From Candidatus Omnitrophota bacterium (GTDB lineage: Bacteria; Omnitrophota; Gorgyraeia; JAHJTE01), in NCBI GenBank assembly GCA_018830005.1, contig JAHJTE010000001.1, positions 385,332-449,331 on the forward strand: 64,000 nt of DNA. The letters run 5' to 3'. The notes under the pieces are model-generated. The model worked only from the letters and a program-made list of their open reading frames with translations. It searched no databases and was not told where the DNA came from. The translations under genes were made by a program, and so were the position numbers. Below, piece by piece: positions 57,989 through 64,000 of the stretch (positions within the stretch are counted from its first letter, which is position 1; each line of letters starts with the position of its first letter).

Positions 57989-58855
57989 ATGGAAGTAGGA
58001 GAGAAAGGCCTTATTTATTTATATTGTGTTGCAGGAAAAGTGCCAAAACTAAAAGAAGTAGAGAATTTAGTTGATAGCCTTTATTTTGTTTATCACCGGG
58101 GTCTTTATGCAATAATCAGCAAAGTCAAAGAAAGGGAATTTAGTGAAGAGAATCTGAAGAAGAATTTGGCTGATTTAGAGTGGATTAAGGCAAAAGCAAG
58201 TATTCATGAAAAGATAATAGAAGGAGTTATGACAAAATCTAGCGTAATTCCTTTTAAGTTTGCAACTTTATTTAATACTATGGACAACCTTAAAATAATG
58301 CTTGATGAGCATGCCGAAAAGCTTAGCACGAATTTAAAGAACTTAGCTGACAAAGAGGAATGGGGGGTTAAGATTTACTGTGATATAGAAAAGTTAAAGG
58401 AAAATTTCATTCGGGAAGATAAAGAGATTTTAAACATAGATAAAGAAATCAATGGTTCGACTACGCTCACCATTGACCCTGAGCGAAGTCGAAGGGCCAA
58501 TTCTGTTGGGCCGGGTAAGGCATATCTTTTAAAGAAGAAAAAGGAAGAGTTGATAAAGGATAAAATAAATAACAGGATTAATAAATATAGCCAAGATAGT
58601 TTTCAGATACTAAAGAAGCTTTGCGTTGATGTGCGGATAAACAGGCTGTTGCCGAAAGAAGTGAGCGAAAGAAAAGAGGATATGATTTTAAATTCAGCCT
58701 TTTTAGTTGATAAAAGTAATGTTGCAAAATTTGCTAAGGTGATAAATATTCTCAAGAAACAATATGAGCAGCAAGGTCTTAATTTTGATTGCACAGGCCC
58801 CTGGCCGCCTTACAATTTCTGTGGTCTCTTAAAAGAAAAGATACACAATGGATAG
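57989..58855 (+). CDS. GvpL/GvpF family protein
   Basis: YLYCV, VIPFKF, EEWGVK, PGKAY, TGPWPPYNF. Confidence 0.92.
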   Translation: MEVGEKGLIYLYCVAGKVPKLKEVENLVDSLYFVYHRGLYAIISKVKEREFSEENLKKNLADLEWIKAKASIHEKIIEGVMTKSSVIPFKFATLFNTMDNLKIMLDEHAEKLSTNLKNLADKEEWGVKIYCDIEKLKENFIREDKEILNIDKEINGSTTLTIDPERSRRANSVGPGKAYLLKKKKEELIKDKINNRINKYSQDSFQILKKLCVDVRINRLLPKEVSERKEDMILNSAFLVDKSNVAKFAKVINILKKQYEQQGLNFDCTGPWPPYNFCGLLKEKIHNG

Positions 58856-59099
58856 ACAAATTAAAACCCTGCAGGATAAAAATAGTTATTTGGATTTTCG
58901 TAAACAGGAAAGGGTCACGCTTTTAGAAATCCTGGATAGGGCTTTAGATAAAGGCGTAGTTATCTCAGGGGATATAGTTATTTCGGTAGCTGATGTAGAC
59001 CTTGTATATTTAGGATTAAAGGTCCTGCTTAGCTCAGTAGAGACGATGGAGCGATTAAGGGGTGCTCCTATGGCTGGTGCACAAGAGGAGCCAACTTAA
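58848..59099 (+). CDS. GvpA-family minor protein (GvpJ/S-like)
   Basis: LLEILDRALDKGVVISGDIVISVADVDL. Confidence 0.9.
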   Translation: MDRQIKTLQDKNSYLDFRKQERVTLLEILDRALDKGVVISGDIVISVADVDLVYLGLKVLLSSVETMERLRGAPMAGAQEEPT

Positions 59100-59101
59100 G
59101 G

Positions 59102-59983
59102 ATGAAAATATATGCCTATGGCATAATAGATTCTAATCCAGAAGAGATAGTTCTTCCTATACCTTTTAAGGAAGGGACTAATAGCGGGATGGACGAATCC
59201 TTAAGGGAGTTAGGCGAGGCCCCTGTCTATAATATCCCTTATCGTGATATCGCAGTAATAGTAAGTGAACTTAATGAGGAGGCGAAAGAAATAACCGATA
59301 CCTATATTTTAGAACACGAAAGAATTGTAGAAAGATTGATGGAAGGCTTCACAGTTTTACCAATGAGATTTTTAACAGTCTTCAATACCAAGAAGGACCT
59401 TCTTTCTATGGCAGAATTCTACTATGAAGATTTTAAAGACAATTTGGCAAGACTGCATAACAAAGTAGAATTCGGTATGAAAGTCATCTGGCCAGCAGAT
59501 ACCATAAAGCAGAGGATAGTTGATGTTTATCATAAAACTAAACATAATCCAGAAAGGATAGGCCTTCCCGATCTTCTTAAGGAAGGGCCTAATGTATCTA
59601 TATCTACAGAGTCTCCCGCAAAAACTTTTGTAAAAGAGAAGTTCCAGGAGCATATAATAGAAAAGGAATTTCAAGAGGAAGCCAATAGGTGCATTCAAGT
59701 GGTGGACGACTATTTTAACAGAATCGCTTGCGAAAAGAAGCTCAAGAGACTACAAACCGAGAATCTCCTTTTAAATTCCAGTTATCTGGTTGAGAAACAA
59801 AGACAAAATGATTTTAAGCAGGCATTTGAACAATTAAAGAATACACCCGGCGACCTTAAATTCTTGTTTAGTGGGCCCTGGCCTTGTTATAATTTTGTTA
59901 CTTTGACTAAAAAGCCTTCCTCGGTTGATTATTTTAATACTGAAGATATGTTAGGTAGATTACTTAAAACACAGGATTTGTAA
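59102..59983 (+). CDS. GvpL/GvpF family protein
   Basis: IYAYGII, HERIVE, LPMRF, SGPWPCYNF. Confidence 0.9.
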   Translation: MKIYAYGIIDSNPEEIVLPIPFKEGTNSGMDESLRELGEAPVYNIPYRDIAVIVSELNEEAKEITDTYILEHERIVERLMEGFTVLPMRFLTVFNTKKDLLSMAEFYYEDFKDNLARLHNKVEFGMKVIWPADTIKQRIVDVYHKTKHNPERIGLPDLLKEGPNVSISTESPAKTFVKEKFQEHIIEKEFQEEANRCIQVVDDYFNRIACEKKLKRLQTENLLLNSSYLVEKQRQNDFKQAFEQLKNTPGDLKFLFSGPWPCYNFVTLTKKPSSVDYFNTEDMLGRLLKTQDL

Positions 59984-59984
59984 T

Positions 59985-60326
59985 ATGACAATGGAGAGAA
60001 TAATTGAAACAGATTCTGAAAGTGCGTTTATCGAAGAGATAGAGAAAGTTCAAGATGTGCTTCCTAAAAGGATTGATGCTAATTCTAAAAATGTAGAGAA
60101 GGGATTGGCAAAATTAGTCCTTACGCTTGTAGAATTAATTAGGAAGTTGCTTGAAAAACAGGCAATGAGAAGAATAGAAGGCGGTTCTCTTAGTGAGGAA
60201 GAAATCGAAGGAATCGGTGAGACGTTGATGAAGTTAGAAAATAAGATGAAAGAGCTAAAAGAGATTTTCGGACTTAAAGATGAAGAGTTAAATCTAAACT
60301 TGGGCCCATTAGGAGATCTGATGTAA
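59985..60326 (+). CDS. gvpK: Gas vesicle protein K
   Basis: GLAKLVLTLVELIRKLLEKQAMRR, LNLNLGPLG. Confidence 0.95.
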   Translation: MTMERIIETDSESAFIEEIEKVQDVLPKRIDANSKNVEKGLAKLVLTLVELIRKLLEKQAMRRIEGGSLSEEEIEGIGETLMKLENKMKELKEIFGLKDEELNLNLGPLGDLM

Positions 60327-60403
60327 ATGAGGCCATGACTTATGGAGCGAAGCGACATAAGTCATAAGGCCGAATTTATCCCGAGCGAAGCGAGGGATCT
60401 CAA

Positions 60404-60679
60404 ATGAGAGTCGATATGCATAAAGAAGAAACCAAAATAAGCTGTTTAGCATTTCAAAGACAGGAAGCGATAATTAGAGATTTTACAGATAAAATCAATG
60501 CGGTAAAAGTAGTACAGGAGAAAGCACGATTTGCCGAAGAGATACGGAAGGAAGTTGATGTGCTTCTTTCCTGCGCCGGTTATAAAAAAGAAAGTTTAGA
60601 TTGTAAGAACTGTCATTTCATTGCGAATTTGCGTAAAAAGACGGCGGATATAATTATAAAAGTGAAAAAACTAGCGTAA
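60404..60679 (+). CDS. Hypothetical protein with Cys motif
   Basis: LLSC...CKNCH; in operon orientation. Confidence 0.6.
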   Translation: MRVDMHKEETKISCLAFQRQEAIIRDFTDKINAVKVVQEKARFAEEIRKEVDVLLSCAGYKKESLDCKNCHFIANLRKKTADIIIKVKKLA

Positions 60680-60698
60680 AACGAAAGGAGAATAAGTT

Positions 60699-60998
60699 AT
60701 GGCTACTCCAAAGATGATGCATGCTACCGAGGCTACTAATCTCGCGGATATCTTAGAGAGGGTGTTGGATAAAGGCATAGTAATTGCCGGAGATATTAAG
60801 ATTCAACTTGCAGACATTGACCTTCTCAATATTAAGATAAGGCTCTTGGTTGCCTCTGTAGATAAGGCTATGGAGATGGGTATAAATTGGTGGCAACAGG
60901 ATTCTTACTTATCTTCAAAAGCAAAAGAAGAAGAGATTGGGAAAGAGAATAAAACCTTGAGGAAAAGATTAGAGCGCTTAGAAGCCAAGGTAAAATAA
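60699..60998 (+). CDS. gvpJ: Gas vesicle protein J
   Basis: LADILERVLDKGIVIAGDI, LLVASVDKA.EMGINWW. Confidence 0.88.
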   Translation: MATPKMMHATEATNLADILERVLDKGIVIAGDIKIQLADIDLLNIKIRLLVASVDKAMEMGINWWQQDSYLSSKAKEEEIGKENKTLRKRLERLEAKVK

Positions 60999-61011
60999 AA
61001 GAAACTGGCAT

Positions 61012-61692
61012 ATGAGAACTCTTATCTATGTTCCTATTATACATACAAGCGCAGATCTCGGCTCTTTAGCCAAGGCTGTAGCTAAGCGAGGTATTGCTGA
61101 TTTAGGGCAAGAGCTTTGGAAAGAGCATAGAAAGACAGTGGATGGATTTTGGGATTGCCTATCAGTTTATTTCTTTCTTTTAGATGTACGTGGAATGAAA
61201 ATATATCAGGATGGAATGGTAGCAGAAGGTGAGGTGGGTGAGAAAATAGTTGAAGAAGGCCTAAAATCAGGAAGTAAAAATTATGAGATAGTTTCAAAGC
61301 TCCTTAAAAAGGGAGCTTTTTTAATTAAGACAGAAGATTTTGAACTCGTTAAGAAAGAGCGCGATAGGTTAGTTGTCATAACGCAGGCCAAGTCTATATT
61401 TAAGAAATTAATCGCAGTTATAAAATATAAATTAACCAAAAATAAGCTTTTAAGCAAAAGAGATAAATTTATTGCCAAAAGAATCGATGAAACCTTAGCT
61501 CATGGTGAAAAAGGCATTCTTTTTATTGGTGCTTTTCACAATATCAAGAAAAGATTACCCAAGAATATTCTCATTAGGGAAATAAAAGATACGGAAAAGG
61601 TTAAAGAATATCAGAAGTTACTTCCTTTCTACAATAAGCATAAACAGCGATTTGAAGAATTAGGCAGATACCTTATTTCTCCAATAAGTTAA
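61012..61692 (+). CDS. Hypothetical protein
   Basis: VPIIH..ADLGS, IYQDG, RDKFIA.RID.TL, LFIGAFH look like conserved motifs. Confidence 0.7.
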   Translation: MRTLIYVPIIHTSADLGSLAKAVAKRGIADLGQELWKEHRKTVDGFWDCLSVYFFLLDVRGMKIYQDGMVAEGEVGEKIVEEGLKSGSKNYEIVSKLLKKGAFLIKTEDFELVKKERDRLVVITQAKSIFKKLIAVIKYKLTKNKLLSKRDKFIAKRIDETLAHGEKGILFIGAFHNIKKRLPKNILIREIKDTEKVKEYQKLLPFYNKHKQRFEELGRYLISPIS

Positions 61693-61693
61693 A

Positions 61694-62353
61694 ATGGAGG
61701 GGCAAATGAGAAAAATAAATTTAAATTCATTAGTTAGACCCAAGTTCCTTTGGATCAGCATTATTGTTCTTTTATTAGTTACGAGCACTATATTTTATAT
61801 CCTTGAAGAAAAGCAAAAGGCACTAAGAGTATTGACACAAAAACAATTAGCCAAAACTGTTGAAGAAAAAGATATAATCCAGAGAGATCTTAGAGAGACA
61901 AGCAAAGCAAAAAGAAGAGTAGAAGAAGAGTTGAAAGAAAAAAAATACCAAATTAAACTTACTTTAGATAGACTGGAAAAAGAGATAAATGTTAGGCGTC
62001 AAGCAGAAGGTCAGTTGATTGTAGTTTTAAGAGAAAAATGGGCTTTACAGGATGAGTTGAGTAAATTTACTAGGAAGCCAAAGACTATTGGGTTAGAAAG
62101 AATTATTGTCAGTGCTGCACCTGTATTAGTTGGGAAAGTCTTAGCAGTGGAAAAAGAGCATAGATTTGTTGTAGTAAATTTAGGTAAAGAGAATAATATA
62201 AAGTTAGGTGATATTTTATCAGTTTATCGAAAAGGTGAATTCATTGGGAGGGTGCAGATAGAAAAGGTAAAAGAAGAAATTTCTACAGCGAGTATTTTAC
62301 CCGAGTGGCAGGATCTAGAATTTAAAGAAAATGATGAGGTAAGAAAAATATGA
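61694..62353 (+). CDS. Membrane-anchored coiled-coil protein with C-terminal beta domain
   Basis: TM, coiled coil, GKVLAV...FVVVNLG...GD.LSVYR. Confidence 0.7.
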   Translation: MEGQMRKINLNSLVRPKFLWISIIVLLLVTSTIFYILEEKQKALRVLTQKQLAKTVEEKDIIQRDLRETSKAKRRVEEELKEKKYQIKLTLDRLEKEINVRRQAEGQLIVVLREKWALQDELSKFTRKPKTIGLERIIVSAAPVLVGKVLAVEKEHRFVVVNLGKENNIKLGDILSVYRKGEFIGRVQIEKVKEEISTASILPEWQDLEFKENDEVRKI

Positions 62354-62376
62354 GATGAAAGTTAAGGAGGAAGGCG

Positions 62377-63738
62377 ATGAAGACAATTTTTAAATCACAA
62401 GCTGCCATTAGTCCTTTTTGGATAATCTTATTATTTGGCTTTGCACTTATTAATCAGGCTATAGCGCAGGAGCCGCCAGAAAAATCTCTACTCACAGCAA
62501 CTAAAGAAGTTAAAGATAGTACAAGAATAGTAATTTCAACTTCTGGCCCTGTTAAATTTACTTCTTATTGGCTAGACAATCCGTATAGAGTGGTAATTAA
62601 ATTTCAATCAAAGAATGTTATAAGTAAAATAGACAATGAAGTCCTTTTGAATTTAGGCATAATAAAGAAGATTAGCAGCAGTTATTTTGGTAGAGGACAA
62701 AATAGACCTCTTAAATCATTAACCTTTGAGCTCAATCAGAAGGTACCATATAGAATATGGCAAGAATATGATGCTATTCTATTAGTTATTCAAGCACCTT
62801 TAGAGACATCTAAATTTTTACCGGGCGAAAAAGAACTTTTTATAGGAAATGAAGTTAGTGATGTAATGATTAAAAGATTAGAGGCAATGGATATGGCACT
62901 TACGCAAGTAGTGGGAGGGCAAGGACTTTTAGAAGTTTCTGAGGCAGAGATTGCCAAAGATGCTAGAGGAGAGATTGATGAAGCTAAAATAGAGACCACA
63001 TTGTCTAAGACTAAAGCTCTTTCAGTAGCAAATTATCTTGGGGTAAGAAAAAGTATGATGGGTATAGTAGCATGGTTTACAGGATTAGTTTTAGTTTCAG
63101 GCTTAGGATTTCTAGTCTGGCGTAGGTTTAAATCAAGTAAGGATAAAGAGCACAATAAACTTGAGTCAGAATTGCAAGAGAAAAATAAACGACTAGAGCA
63201 GGAAGAAATTATTCGTAAGGCAATGGCAAAAGCAGCGTTAGAAAAGGAAAAAGAAATTCAACAGCTTAAGAATTCCTTCGGATCAGTAAAAGATGAACTT
63301 ATTAAAAAGAAACTGGTGAAGAGGGAAATGTCTCCTGAGGAAAAAGAAAGGCCCTGGGTTCGCGGGAAATCACAAGAAAGACGCGCCTCTGCTCATTTGT
63401 CTCTAACAAAAGATTTTAATAAGACTATAATTTTAAGAATCGAATCTCAAAATTTACCACAGAGCATAAAATCTTTTGCCAAAGATATTAGTTCGGGAGG
63501 GTTATGCTTCGAGACAACAAAAGAGTTCGAGGAAAAAGGGCCAATTAATTTTAGGTTATTTTTTTATGGAGATCAGATTCCTATGATAAAGATCCAAGCA
63601 CACATTAGATGGAAAAAGAAAGAGGACTCAATTAATTATTACGGGGTCAACTTTGATTTGATAGAGGAGAAGGATAAGTTAGAGTTAGAACATTATATTG
63701 ATAGCAAACTAGGTAAGGCTACGATCTCTGAACTATAA
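62377..63738 (+). CDS. AMIN-like + TM + PilZ protein
   Basis: Signal peptide, LDNPYRVVI (AMIN-like), TM, coiled coil, DISSGG...YGVNF. Confidence 0.7.
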   Translation: MKTIFKSQAAISPFWIILLFGFALINQAIAQEPPEKSLLTATKEVKDSTRIVISTSGPVKFTSYWLDNPYRVVIKFQSKNVISKIDNEVLLNLGIIKKISSSYFGRGQNRPLKSLTFELNQKVPYRIWQEYDAILLVIQAPLETSKFLPGEKELFIGNEVSDVMIKRLEAMDMALTQVVGGQGLLEVSEAEIAKDARGEIDEAKIETTLSKTKALSVANYLGVRKSMMGIVAWFTGLVLVSGLGFLVWRRFKSSKDKEHNKLESELQEKNKRLEQEEIIRKAMAKAALEKEKEIQQLKNSFGSVKDELIKKKLVKREMSPEEKERPWVRGKSQERRASAHLSLTKDFNKTIILRIESQNLPQSIKSFAKDISSGGLCFETTKEFEEKGPINFRLFFYGDQIPMIKIQAHIRWKKKEDSINYYGVNFDLIEEKDKLELEHYIDSKLGKATISEL

Positions 63739-63757
63739 AGATTTACAAAAGCGTTTG

Positions 63758-64000
63758 ATGCAAAGCGTAGAAAGTAGAATCCGTGCATTACTAGCCCAGC
63801 AACTCGATACCTCAATAGAGAAAATTACGCCTGAGGCATCATTTGTAGATGATTTAGGTATAGAGTCTTTAGAAACTATCCAAATCGTAATGGCACTTGA
63901 GGAAGAGTTTAATATTGAAATTCCTGATGAAGACTCTGAACAGATGAGCAAGGTTAGGGATTTAGTTGAATATCTAGTGCACAAATTAAATAATAGTAAT
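63758..64000 (+). CDS. Acyl carrier protein (runs off window end)
   Basis: PEASFVDDLGIESLETIQIVMALEEEFNIEIPDED. Confidence 0.85.
   Translation, partial: MQSVESRIRALLAQQLDTSIEKITPEASFVDDLGIESLETIQIVMALEEEFNIEIPDEDSEQMSKVRDLVEYLVHKLNNSN

Overview
AT-rich bacterial chromosomal window; the gene style suggests Candidatus Omnitrophota or a similar uncultured lineage, but that is inference only. Layout: (1) 1-8.8 kb housekeeping block with queD(partial)-queC-queE-queF, two-subunit Fe-S fumarase, rph, rdgB, AsmA/DUF748 proteins, tRNA-Pro(TGG), tRNA-Arg(TCT) interrupted by a 234-nt group I intron, and tRNA-His(GTG). (2) 8.9-15.0 kb: three tandem non-autonomous mini-elements at the tRNA-His 3' end. 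Each has the same ~348-bp left arm and ~40-bp right arm. Each left arm ends in a tRNA-3'-end-mimicking site, into which one or two unrelated gene cassettes with their own conserved ends have inserted. This nested, integron-like cassette array without an integron is the most novel-looking system here. (3) 15-35 kb: a large serine-recombinase/DUF2924 island with a defence block (PLD-SF2 helicase, adenine MTase, RloC-like ATPase, nucleases) and a ParB-MTase/terminase module without capsid genes. (4) 35.5-45.4 kb: a local sigma-54 gene and signalling block ending in an NtrC-type activator, two enhancer palindromes and a consensus -24/-12 promoter. (5) 45.4-61.7 kb: a large gas vesicle cluster with GvpA, three GvpC-like proteins, GvpN, five GvpL/F (one fused to a J-domain), G, O, J/S, K, J, two DnaJ-type zinc fingers, Hsp20, ArsA and CDC48. 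Several families of small palindromic elements occur in and around this cluster, including in-frame insertions inside proteins. All calls come from reading motifs by eye; no database searches were run.
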